Positions 30,756-38,933 of a stretch of DNA of 64,000 bases are shown piece by piece (positions within the stretch are counted from its first letter, which is position 1; each line of letters starts with the position of its first letter). Below the pieces are notes generated by a model that was given only the letters and a program-made list of their open reading frames with translations, did no database searches and was not told the origin of the DNA. The DNA lies in the NCBI GenBank assembly GCA_959600635.1, contig CAUGMN010000002.1:3030-67029 (forward strand), given 5' to 3'. The DNA comes from an uncultured Eubacteriales bacterium (lineage in GTDB: Bacteria > Bacillota > Clostridia > Oscillospirales > QAMX01). The position numbers and the translations under genes are program-made.

Positions 30756-30817
30756 CGTTGCTATGCCCAATAGGTTAATAAATCGGCGTTCGTATTTGCA
30801 GGAGCCGTGGTGAATGC

Positions 30818-32065
30818 TTACTTGACGACGACTTTTTTCAGCTTGGCAAAGCGCGGAACGCCGTTCTCAAACTTCGGATGCGCTTCTCCGGCGATCAGCG
30901 GCAGCGCGTAGTCGATATACGCCTGGTTGAGACCGTTGCCCGCTTCGTTGATCCACTCGCGCGGGATCTTCTTCTCGGTGTTGGCGACGACGGTGAGATC
31001 CAAAAGGTCGATCTCGCACTTGTAGCCGTTTTCGCGGCAGCATTTGAAGCCGACCATTTTATCCGTGACGCCCTGCACGGCGAACTCAACGGCCTTCTGA
31101 CCGGAGAGGAAAGACTCGTCCACGTCGGTCTGGGAGGCGGAGTGCGCGGCGCAGCGCTGCATGAGCGAGAATTCGATGCCGCGCGTTTTGCAGCCGAGGC
31201 GCTGCTTGATCATGTTGGCGAGCGTGACGCCGATACCGCCGAGCTGCGCGTGACCGAAGGAGTCGCGGCTGACGTTTTCGCCCTCGGCGAATTTCTCGAC
31301 CATCAGCTTGCCGTCCGCGTCCGAAATGCCTTCGGAAACGGCGACGATGCACTTTCCGGTCTCCTTATAAATCCGTTCGACGTCGGCGAAGAAGCGGTCG
31401 ATGTCAAACGGGAGCTCCGGCAGATAAATGAGGTCGGGTCCCATACCGAAATGCGTGGCGATGGCGCTGGCGGCGGTGAGCCAGCCGGCGTGACGGCCCA
31501 TAATTTCCAGCACCGTGACCATACCGGTGTCATATACCTTGGCGTCGAGGAAGATTTCCATCGCGGTCGTGGCGATATACTTGGCGGCCGAACCATAGCC
31601 GGGGCAGTGGTCGGTGCCGAACAGGTCGTTGTCGATCGTCTTGGGAATCCCCATAACGCGGCACTCATAGCCGTTTTTCAGCATGAACTTGCTGATCTTG
31701 TTGCAGGTATCCATGGAGTCGTTGCCGCCGTTGTAGAAGAAATAGCGCACGTCGTATTTCTTGAAGATTTCGAGGATACGCTTGTAGTCCGTATCGTCCA
31801 CATCGGGGTCTTTGAGCTTATAACGGCAGGAACCGAGCGCCGACGACGGCGTGTTTTTCAGCAGCTCGAGCTCGGCGGGATCCTCCGCGCCCATGTCGTA
31901 AAGGCAATCGTCGAGCACGCCCTTGATGCCGTGCGCCGCGCCGTAAACCTTGGTGATGGCGCTGCTTTTCAGCGCCGCGCTGATCGCGCCGTAGGCGCTG
32001 GCGTTGATGACCGAGGTCGGGCCGCCGGACTGTCCGATAATACAAGCTCCTCTGAGCTCACTCAT
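30818..32065 (-). CDS. pfp: Pyrophosphate-dependent 6-phosphofructokinase (diphosphate--fructose-6-phosphate 1-phosphotransferase)
   Basis: 415 aa with the GGPTSVINAS and PKTIDND motifs. Length and N-terminus are typical of clostridial PPi-PFK. Confidence 0.88.
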   Translation of the reverse strand: MSELRGACIIGQSGGPTSVINASAYGAISAALKSSAITKVYGAAHGIKGVLDDCLYDMGAEDPAELELLKNTPSSALGSCRYKLKDPDVDDTDYKRILEIFKKYDVRYFFYNGGNDSMDTCNKISKFMLKNGYECRVMGIPKTIDNDLFGTDHCPGYGSAAKYIATTAMEIFLDAKVYDTGMVTVLEIMGRHAGWLTAASAIATHFGMGPDLIYLPELPFDIDRFFADVERIYKETGKCIVAVSEGISDADGKLMVEKFAEGENVSRDSFGHAQLGGIGVTLANMIKQRLGCKTRGIEFSLMQRCAAHSASQTDVDESFLSGQKAVEFAVQGVTDKMVGFKCCRENGYKCEIDLLDLTVVANTEKKIPREWINEAGNGLNQAYIDYALPLIAGEAHPKFENGVPRFAKLKKVVVK

Positions 32066-32116
32066 AGAAATTTGCTCCTCTCATGTGTAAAGTTTCCATT
32101 TTGTCGCGATGGTTCT

Positions 32117-32145
32117 ATTATACCGCAAAGCACTGCAAATTGCAA
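32117..32145 (-). promoter_or_regulatory. Sigma-70-type promoter of pfp
   Basis: The minus strand reads TTGCAA, a 17-nt spacer, then TATAAT, about 50 nt upstream of the pfp ATG (RBS GAGAGGAG). Confidence 0.6.
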
Positions 32146-32358
32146 GATGTTTAGCTGCGGAAAGGAATTCAAAATCGCACCGCACAGCCCTGCGGAACGG
32201 CGCGGTTTCCATAGATAGAGGCGGAGTAAAACCGGGCGCATGGCCTGCAAAGTCAAGATCCGGCCAGCGTTTTGTTCCCGCAAAGACCGGTAGAGCCGTT
32301 TTTTTCACGCAACGGAGAAAAGGGCTGTCCTCTCGGAAACGCATCGCCAAAATACTCT

Positions 32359-32380
32359 TGTCCGTCAAATGTCCGTCAAA
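32359..32380. repeat. 11-bp perfect tandem duplication (tgtccgtcaaa x2) in non-coding DNA
   Basis: Read directly: tgtccgtcaaatgtccgtcaaa. Confidence 0.9.
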
Positions 32381-32515
32381 GCGTAAACCTGCGATGGCCG
32401 CTCCATTACCGGAAACGGCAATACCGCCCGGCGGAGAAAGAGCGTGATCGGCATCAATCGCGGTTCGACCGCTTCAAATTCGTGTTGAAATCAGCCGCGG
32501 ACAGGCTTTCGGGCT

Positions 32516-33868
32516 TTACTTCCGTGGACGCAATATAAAATCGCCGTCCGGCGTTTTTTGCCACATAGCGATCGCGTGCTCGGTGTCGGGATCGGCGTAT
32601 GGCGAGCCGGCGCAGAGAATTTCGTCCCCGTCGGCGGCAAGCCGCGCAAAGAGCCGCGCCTTCAAGTCCGCTTTGATCTCCGCATAACGCGCGTCATCCG
32701 CGAGGTTCGAGAGCTCGCAGGGGTCGTTTTCGAGATCATAGAGCTCTTCAAACGGCCGCGGCGTATTGTAGATCGGGGTCAAAACGTCGTACCCGACCAG
32801 TTCCGTAAACGAGTTGCCGGTGGCGACGGGGAGGCCGGGATTCAAGTTGAGAATGAGCTTAAAGCGCCTCGTCCGAATCGCGCGAACCGGCGCGTCGGTG
32901 TTGTCAAACGACACCTCGGAAATACAGAAGTCGCGCGGTTCGCCAGTTCCCAGAAGCTGGGGAAGCTGGCTGACGCCGTCGCAGCCCTCCGGCGGCGCGA
33001 TGCCGAGCAGCTCGCAGAGCGTGGGCAGGATGTCCACATGGCTGGACAGGCCGGAGACCGCTTTGCCGCTTTCGGGCAGAACGCCGCCCCAGAAGATCAG
33101 CGGCACGCCGGTGCCGGAATCATAGCAGGACTGCTTGGCGCGCGGAAAGTCGATGCCGTGATCGCAGCTGAAATACAGCAGCGTATCGTCATAAAGGCCG
33201 AGCTCGCGGATACGCCGCGTCAGGCGGCCGACCGCGGTGTCCGCGGCCGTGACGGCCTTGGTAAACCGCGCCAGCATTTCCCGAGCCGGCCGAACGTCGG
33301 GAAGCTGCGGAAGCAGGGGAGGCAGAACGGCGGCGTCGATTTCCTCATCGGTGACGGGCAGGTTATACGGCGAGTGGGCCTCTGAAAACGCGGCGGCGAT
33401 ATACATGGGCGTGTCGGCGGCGCGGTTTTCCAGCAGGCGGATCACGCTGTCGGCGACGTCGGACGCAGCGGCGGAGGCCGTCTCGCTGTGGTCGTAGCCG
33501 AGCAGCCGCACGCCGGAGCAATCGTGACCGCCGTATGGGTAAGCGCCGCCGGCGATCCCGCGGTATTCCTTTTCCTCGGCGAACCCGCAGCGATAGGTTT
33601 CATAGCCGGCGGTGCGCATCAGGCGCGGCAGCGTTTCCACGTTGTGATTGTAGAAGCAGATTTCCGCGTTGTGCAGGTATTTGCCGGTCAGCACCGAGGC
33701 GCGCGAGGGAATACAGACCGTTCCGGTCGAGAAGTGGTTTTCAAACCGGACGCCCTCGGCGGCCATGGCGTCGATATTCGGCGTCACCGCGTCGGCCGCG
33801 CCGTAGCAGCCGAACTGCCGTCCGGCGTCATGGAGCAGGACGCCAATGATGAGCTTTGGTTTTCGCAT
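32516..33868 (-). CDS. Cys-type sulfatase (arylsulfatase family)
   Basis: The formylglycine motif C-I-P-S-R-ASVLTGKY lies near the N-terminus. Start is ATG 33868 after AAGGAGA; the track ORF extends to 33928. No signal peptide. Confidence 0.85.
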   Translation of the reverse strand: MRKPKLIIGVLLHDAGRQFGCYGAADAVTPNIDAMAAEGVRFENHFSTGTVCIPSRASVLTGKYLHNAEICFYNHNVETLPRLMRTAGYETYRCGFAEEKEYRGIAGGAYPYGGHDCSGVRLLGYDHSETASAAASDVADSVIRLLENRAADTPMYIAAAFSEAHSPYNLPVTDEEIDAAVLPPLLPQLPDVRPAREMLARFTKAVTAADTAVGRLTRRIRELGLYDDTLLYFSCDHGIDFPRAKQSCYDSGTGVPLIFWGGVLPESGKAVSGLSSHVDILPTLCELLGIAPPEGCDGVSQLPQLLGTGEPRDFCISEVSFDNTDAPVRAIRTRRFKLILNLNPGLPVATGNSFTELVGYDVLTPIYNTPRPFEELYDLENDPCELSNLADDARYAEIKADLKARLFARLAADGDEILCAGSPYADPDTEHAIAMWQKTPDGDFILRPRK

Positions 33869-34073
33869 ATCAAAAATCTCCTTTGCACGCAGAATAGAAA
33901 TCGCTTCGGATAGTCGGCTGAGGCGCAAAATCTGTCCGCGCGACAGAGCGCTTTCCCGGAATATCCGTGCATTTGCCGCTCCGCAGAAAGCGAATCAGCC
34001 GGAAGCTTTGCGAGAATGGATGCGGCGCGGCCGAGGCGTTTGGAAACAACCGGCCGCTTTTCAGCGGGCAGTC

Positions 34074-35078
34074 TCAGCTTCGCAGCGTACCGCAGAGCCG
34101 CTCGTCGGTGACGTCATGGATATGCAGGCCGTACTCGGCGATATAGCGCCGCTGCCATTTCCAGAACAGGTCGCGCGGCCGGTACAGGCGCGTGCTGGCG
34201 GGGTCGCCGTACAGCTTTGCCAATTCGTGAATCGGCGGAATTGCGGCGTAATAGGCGTCGTCAAGCCCCTCCACATAGGCGATAATTTCCTCACAGGCCA
34301 TGCTTTCCAGCATCTCAATATTTTCCTCGGTCAGACAAATCCGCAGGGCTCGCTTGGTGTATTCGGGCAGCGAGTCTTCGGTCAGCCACTCCGCTTCCGT
34401 CTTGTGGCGGCGCAGCGACAGCGCCGCGCGCACCTCGGCAGGCAGCCTTCCGCAGTCCTCCCGCGTCAAACGCGCCGCTTCGAGCAGATGGCCGCGGCCT
34501 CTGTAATCCGGCAGAAAGGCGTGGATGTTTGCGGGCTCGACAAACGCCGTCAACGTGCAGAGCAGGGGAGCGATCATATCGGCGTTTTCCGCGGTGACGG
34601 GGATGCTGGGCGCACAGACAAGCCCTGCGTCGGCCGCATATTTCGTTGCGGTGAGCATGAAGTCGTAATCGCCGCTGCGGCCGGCGAAGCGGTCGTGATA
34701 AGCGCGGTCTCCGAAAAAGCTCGTGTCGATTTGGTCGATTCCCAAACGACGGAGATGACCGAGCCACTGTCGGGTTTCCGCCTCGGAACGGATTCTGACG
34801 CCGTTGACTTGGAGAAAATTGGCGCCGATCATGCCGAGCGCACGGTTAAAAGCGAGATTGTCAGCCAGCTCCGGGTATTCGGCGCAATAGCCGACAGTAT
34901 AGCTGAGAGGCAGCGGTGAACCGGTGCGCTGTTTCCAGTCGGCGAAGCGTTCGGCGAGTCTTCGGCCTCGAAAATAGTCGACGCCGGTTTGCCGTTTGAC
35001 GGAGCCGAGCAGACAATATGTACAGGCACAGCCGCAGGCAGCACAGTGGTTCTGAACGTCGATAGACACCGTTTCCAT
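34074..35078 (-). CDS. Radical SAM domain protein, family unassigned (no recognisable SPASM/twitch Cys cluster)
   Basis: METVSIDVQNHCAACGCACTYC contains C15-x3-C19-x2-C22 with an aromatic residue before the last Cys. Start is ATG 35078 after GGAAGGAGA. The remaining 7 Cys are scattered. Confidence 0.7.
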   Translation of the reverse strand: METVSIDVQNHCAACGCACTYCLLGSVKRQTGVDYFRGRRLAERFADWKQRTGSPLPLSYTVGYCAEYPELADNLAFNRALGMIGANFLQVNGVRIRSEAETRQWLGHLRRLGIDQIDTSFFGDRAYHDRFAGRSGDYDFMLTATKYAADAGLVCAPSIPVTAENADMIAPLLCTLTAFVEPANIHAFLPDYRGRGHLLEAARLTREDCGRLPAEVRAALSLRRHKTEAEWLTEDSLPEYTKRALRICLTEENIEMLESMACEEIIAYVEGLDDAYYAAIPPIHELAKLYGDPASTRLYRPRDLFWKWQRRYIAEYGLHIHDVTDERLCGTLRS

Positions 35079-35185
35079 CGGGAAATCTCCTTCCTTTTTC
35101 CTTGCGCGGCGCTCCCACCGGTGATCTTTGCACAAACCGGCCGTTTGAGAAGGGAGCATGGCAAGCCATGCGAAAGCTTCCGATA

Positions 35186-35225
35186 CAGAGAAAGACGAGG
35201 GAAAAATGTCCCTCGTCTTTCTCTG
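35186..35225 (-). promoter_or_regulatory. Perfect 17-bp stem-loop between the peptide gene and the radical SAM gene (processing/attenuation element or weak terminator)
   Basis: cagagaaagacgaggga-aaaatg-tccctcgtctttctctg. No clean U-tract follows on the minus strand. A second small hairpin (cgccgtt-gtgaa-aacggcg) lies at 35231-35249. Confidence 0.5.
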
Positions 35226-35263
35226 TCAAACGCCGTTGTGAAAACGGCGCGTTATTGTCATAT

Positions 35264-35503
35264 TTACGCGTTTTCTTCGCCGGTGGCTTCTTCGCCGCAA
35301 TCGCAGCAGCCGCAGTCGCAGTCGTCAGCGTCGGATTCATCGTCGTCGCAGCAGCAATCGCACTCGTCGTCGTCGTCGATGTAGCAGCAGGAATCGTCGC
35401 AGTCTTCATCTTTTTTGATGAAATAGAGCACCGTATAAACCGTACCGGCAATAGCGGCGATGCCGAGAACGATAGCGCCGAGAACCGTCAAAAACTTTTT
35501 CAT
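35264..35503 (-). CDS. Small membrane-anchored Cys/Asp-rich protein (79 aa), function unknown
   Basis: MKKFLTVLGAIVLGIAAIAGTVYTVLYFIKK is followed by DEDCDDSCCYIDDDDECDCCCDDDESDADDCDCGCCDCGEEATGEENA. GGAGG lies 6-7 nt before the ATG, and the gene has its own near-consensus promoter. Confidence 0.6.
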   Translation of the reverse strand: MKKFLTVLGAIVLGIAAIAGTVYTVLYFIKKDEDCDDSCCYIDDDDECDCCCDDDESDADDCDCGCCDCGEEATGEENA

Positions 35504-35563
35504 TGTTTGACCTCCTACATAATATCCTCTGTGCCGCAGAGCATATGATTTTCAACTTCCTAT

Positions 35564-35592
35564 ATGATACACATTTTGGCTCAAAAAGTCAA
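35564..35592 (-). promoter_or_regulatory. Sigma-70-type promoter of the Cys/Asp-rich peptide gene
   Basis: The minus strand reads TTGACT, a 17-nt spacer, then TATCAT, about 60 nt upstream of the ATG. Confidence 0.55.
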
Positions 35593-35770
35593 GTCCTATA
35601 CGGGAAAAATTATCCATAAATTCCCGCAACTGCAAAAAATTTACATATCACCGCGCCCATGCGGAAAAAGGCGCGGCCAAACGCCGGCCGGATTTGTTTT
35701 TTCGAGGACAGATGACCGGCCGCAGGCGCAACCGGACGCGGTATCAGCGCCGGCATAGGCTTTCGCAGAC

Positions 35771-38545
35771 TTACTGCTCGCCGCCCTGTGTGAAGCCGCA
35801 GCACTTTTTGTATTTCTTGCCGCTCCCGCAGGGACAGGGATCGTTCCGGCCGACCTTTGCGGCTTTGGTGACGACCGGTTTTTTCTTCACCGTTCCGTCT
35901 CCCGCCGTGGCTGTGACCGGCTTGGCGACGGCCTGACGCTCCGGCGTCTTATTGCGGAACCGGAACGTCATCAGATTCCGCGCCGTGTCCTCACAGATCG
36001 ACTGAACCATAGCCTCGAACATATCGTAGCCCTCTTTTTTGTAGGCGAGGATCGGATCCGTCTGGCCGTAGGCGCGCAGACCGATGCCGCGGCGGAATTC
36101 GTCCATCGCGTCGATGTGATCCATCCACTTTTCGTCGACCGAGCGCAGCAGGACGATGCGCTCCAGCTCCCGCATGACATTGGAGCCGAATTCGGCTTCG
36201 CGCGCGGCATATTTCTGATCGACGGCCTGCAAAACCGATTCTACGGCCTGCTCCTGCGTCATTCCGAGCAGATAGGAGCTGTTTTCCTTAAAAGAGTCGG
36301 GCGGGACAAAGATCGGCGCGAGCAGCGCCGTCAGGCGGACGACGGAAGCGGCGTCCACGGTTTCGCCCTCGCCGACGACGGAGCAGACGTAGCGAGTGAC
36401 CGTATCGTGCAGCATTTTGGTGACGTAGTCGTGCACATCCTCGCCGTCGAGCACCATCCGCCGCTCCTTGTAGATGGTTTCACGCTGGACGTTCATCACG
36501 TCGTCGTATTCGAGAACGTGCTTTCTGGTTTGGAAGTTGCGGCTTTCCAGCCGCTTCTGCGCCGACTCGATGGCGTTGGTCAGCATCTTGGAATCAATCG
36601 GCGTATTCTCGTCGACGCCCAATGAATTCATCATGCTCATGATCCGTTCGCTGCCGAACAGGCGCATCAGATCGTCTTCGAGCGAGATGTAGAAGCGGCT
36701 CTCGCCGGGGTCGCCCTGCCGCGCCGAGCGGCCGCGTAGCTGGTTGTCGATCCGGCGGCTCTCGTGCCGCTCCGTGCCGATGATGAAGAGGCCGCCGGCG
36801 GCGATGACGTCCTTGGCCTCCGCGCTGGTTTCCGCCTTGTGCTTCTGGTAAAATTCCTTATACAGCCGCCGCGCCTCTAAGATATGCTCGTCCTCGGTAT
36901 GCGTGAGGCTGGTGCACTCGTAGATCAGCTCCTGCGGGTCGACGCCCTCCGGCGGCGGGTTTTTGGCATAAAACTTGGAGAGCTCGTTTTTGGCGAGGTA
37001 TTCCGGATTGCCGCCGAGGAGAATGTCCGTACCGCGGCCGGCCATGTTCGTCGCGATGGTGACAGCGCCCTTTTTGCCTGCCTGCGCGACGATCTGCGCT
37101 TCTTTTTCATGCTGCTTGGCGTTCAAAACCTCGTGCTTAACGCCCTTGCGTTTGAGCATATGCGAGAGCAGCTCGCTCTTTTCAATCGAAATCGTACCCA
37201 CGAGCACGGGCTGGCCCTTTGCGTGACTCTCAACGATCTGCTCGATGACGGCGTTAAACTTGCCAGCCTCGGTTTTATAGACAGAGTCGGAATGATCGGT
37301 GCGGATCATCGGCAGATTGGTCGGAATTTCGATGACGTCGAGGGCGTAAATGTGCTTAAATTCCTCTTCCTCGGTTTTCGCGGTGCCCGTCATGCCGGAG
37401 AGCTTGGCGTACATGCGGAAATAGTTCTGGAAGGTGATCGTCGCCAGCGTTTTGTTTTCGCGCTCGACCTTGACGTGCTCCTTGGCTTCGATCGCCTGAT
37501 GCAATCCCTCGGAATAGCGGCGGCCGAACATCAGACGGCCGGTGAATTCGTCGACGATGATGACCTCGCCGTCCCGCACGACGTAATCGATATCCCGGGT
37601 CATGATGCCGTGGGCGCGGATGGCCTGGTTGATATGGTGCGCGATCGTCGAATTTTCCGGATCGGTGAGATTTTCGAGATGAAAGGCTTTCTCCGCCTTG
37701 GCGACGCCGGAAGCCGTCAGCGTTACGGTTTTGGCTTTTTCGTCGACGATATAGTCGGCGTCGAAATCGTCCTGAGATTCTTTTGAATCCAGCTCGCGCA
37801 CCTTCATGCAGCGCAGGTGTGCGGCAAAGCTGTCGGCGAGCGCATAGAGCTGGGTCGACTCCTCGCCCTGCCCGGAGATGATCAGCGGCGTACGTGCCTC
37901 GTCGATGAGGATGGAGTCCACCTCGTCGACGATGGCGAAGTCGTGTCCGCGCTGTACCATTTGGTTTTTATAGAGAACCATGTTGTCGCGCAGATAATCA
38001 AAGCCGAATTCGTTGTTGGTGCCGTAGGTGATGTCGCATTCATACGCCTTTTTGCGCGCTGCGTTGTCCATATCATGGAGAATGACGCCGACGGAAAGGC
38101 CGAGGAACTTGTGGACAAGCCCCATCTGTTCGCCCTGGAATTTGGCGAGATATTCGTTGACCGTGACGATATGAACGCTTTTGCCGGTCAGTGCGTTGAG
38201 ATAGGAAGGGTACAGCGCCGTCGAGGTCTTGCCCTCGCCGGTTTTCATCTCGGCGATCCGCCCCTGATGCAGGATCACCGCGCCGATCAGCTGTACCTTA
38301 AAAGCCCGAAAACCGAGGATACGGTAGGAGGCCTCGCGCACGGTGGCGAAAGCTTCCGGCAAAAGTTCGTCAAGCTCCGCTCCCGCGGCGAGCCGTTCTT
38401 TGAATTCGGCGGTTTTGGCCGCAAGCGCGCTGTCCGAGAGCGCGGCGTATTCGGTTTCGAGCGCCAGAGTTTTGTCAACCAGCGGCATGATCTTTTTGAT
38501 CTCTCTGTCGCTGGCCGTCCCGAACAGCTTTGTGATAATACCCAT
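35771..38545 (-). CDS. secA: Preprotein translocase ATPase SecA
   Basis: Full-length SecA (MGIITKLFG...). The motor motifs and the C-terminal zinc finger [14 protein letters not shown] are present. Start ATG 38545. Confidence 0.95.
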   Translation of the reverse strand: MGIITKLFGTASDREIKKIMPLVDKTLALETEYAALSDSALAAKTAEFKERLAAGAELDELLPEAFATVREASYRILGFRAFKVQLIGAVILHQGRIAEMKTGEGKTSTALYPSYLNALTGKSVHIVTVNEYLAKFQGEQMGLVHKFLGLSVGVILHDMDNAARKKAYECDITYGTNNEFGFDYLRDNMVLYKNQMVQRGHDFAIVDEVDSILIDEARTPLIISGQGEESTQLYALADSFAAHLRCMKVRELDSKESQDDFDADYIVDEKAKTVTLTASGVAKAEKAFHLENLTDPENSTIAHHINQAIRAHGIMTRDIDYVVRDGEVIIVDEFTGRLMFGRRYSEGLHQAIEAKEHVKVERENKTLATITFQNYFRMYAKLSGMTGTAKTEEEEFKHIYALDVIEIPTNLPMIRTDHSDSVYKTEAGKFNAVIEQIVESHAKGQPVLVGTISIEKSELLSHMLKRKGVKHEVLNAKQHEKEAQIVAQAGKKGAVTIATNMAGRGTDILLGGNPEYLAKNELSKFYAKNPPPEGVDPQELIYECTSLTHTEDEHILEARRLYKEFYQKHKAETSAEAKDVIAAGGLFIIGTERHESRRIDNQLRGRSARQGDPGESRFYISLEDDLMRLFGSERIMSMMNSLGVDENTPIDSKMLTNAIESAQKRLESRNFQTRKHVLEYDDVMNVQRETIYKERRMVLDGEDVHDYVTKMLHDTVTRYVCSVVGEGETVDAASVVRLTALLAPIFVPPDSFKENSSYLLGMTQEQAVESVLQAVDQKYAAREAEFGSNVMRELERIVLLRSVDEKWMDHIDAMDEFRRGIGLRAYGQTDPILAYKKEGYDMFEAMVQSICEDTARNLMTFRFRNKTPERQAVAKPVTATAGDGTVKKKPVVTKAAKVGRNDPCPCGSGKKYKKCCGFTQGGEQ

Positions 38546-38854
38546 ATGGTGCCTCATTTCTCGCCGCGCAAAAACATCAAAATTCAGACGCAGAGCTCAT
38601 GCGTGCGGCGTGCAATGAGTTCCGCAAAGCAAAATACGTCCGGGAAAAAGCGGGACAGCCGGGCTTTCGCTGGGCCGCGCCGCAGTTCCCGATCGGCTGC
38701 GAATCGAAAAACAACAGGGAAGGATCCCATCCAAAATATAGACATATTATATTATAACACATTTTTCTTCAATAAAAAAGCCCGGTTTGTAAATTTTACA
38801 GAGGCTGTTCTGCGCGAAAGCGTAATCCGGAGGCGGCAGAGGGCGGAGTACCGG

Positions 38855-38909
38855 CAAAAAGAGAAAGCGTATTCAGCGCTGCGGCGCCGTGCCGAAGCGC
38901 TGAATACGC
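38855..38909 (-). terminator. Rho-independent terminator after spoIIP
   Basis: 14-bp perfect inverted repeat gcgtattcagcgct / agcgctgaatacgc, followed on the minus strand by tttctctttttg. Confidence 0.7.
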
Positions 38910-38933
38910 ATCCTCTCTCGCAAACGCCGCCGA

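Larger units (their letters stand above)
23330..30760. other. AT-richer genomic island (no mobility gene) carrying a TCS, TetR and a VTC-DUF4956-CotH operon
   Basis: Abrupt compositional switch by eye. Codon third positions change from G/C-dominated to A/T-dominated right after the trxA terminator and revert right after the hairpin at 30712-30755. Confidence 0.55.

Noticed and set aside
34074-35078. Calling the radical SAM protein an anaerobic sulfatase-maturating enzyme because it neighbours a Cys-type sulfatase
   Set aside because: The N-terminal CxxxCTYC fits. However, I cannot find the C-terminal SPASM auxiliary-cluster Cys motifs expected for anSMEs, and 205 bp separate it from the sulfatase gene. 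I keep this only as an alternative hypothesis.
35102-35548. 148-aa plus-strand ORF (hydrophobic, Ala/Val-rich) overlapping the Cys/Asp peptide gene
   Set aside because: It is the mirror frame of the GAC/GCA-rich repeat region. It has no RBS and overlaps the radical SAM start. The minus-strand peptide has the promoter, SD and a sensible signal-anchor.
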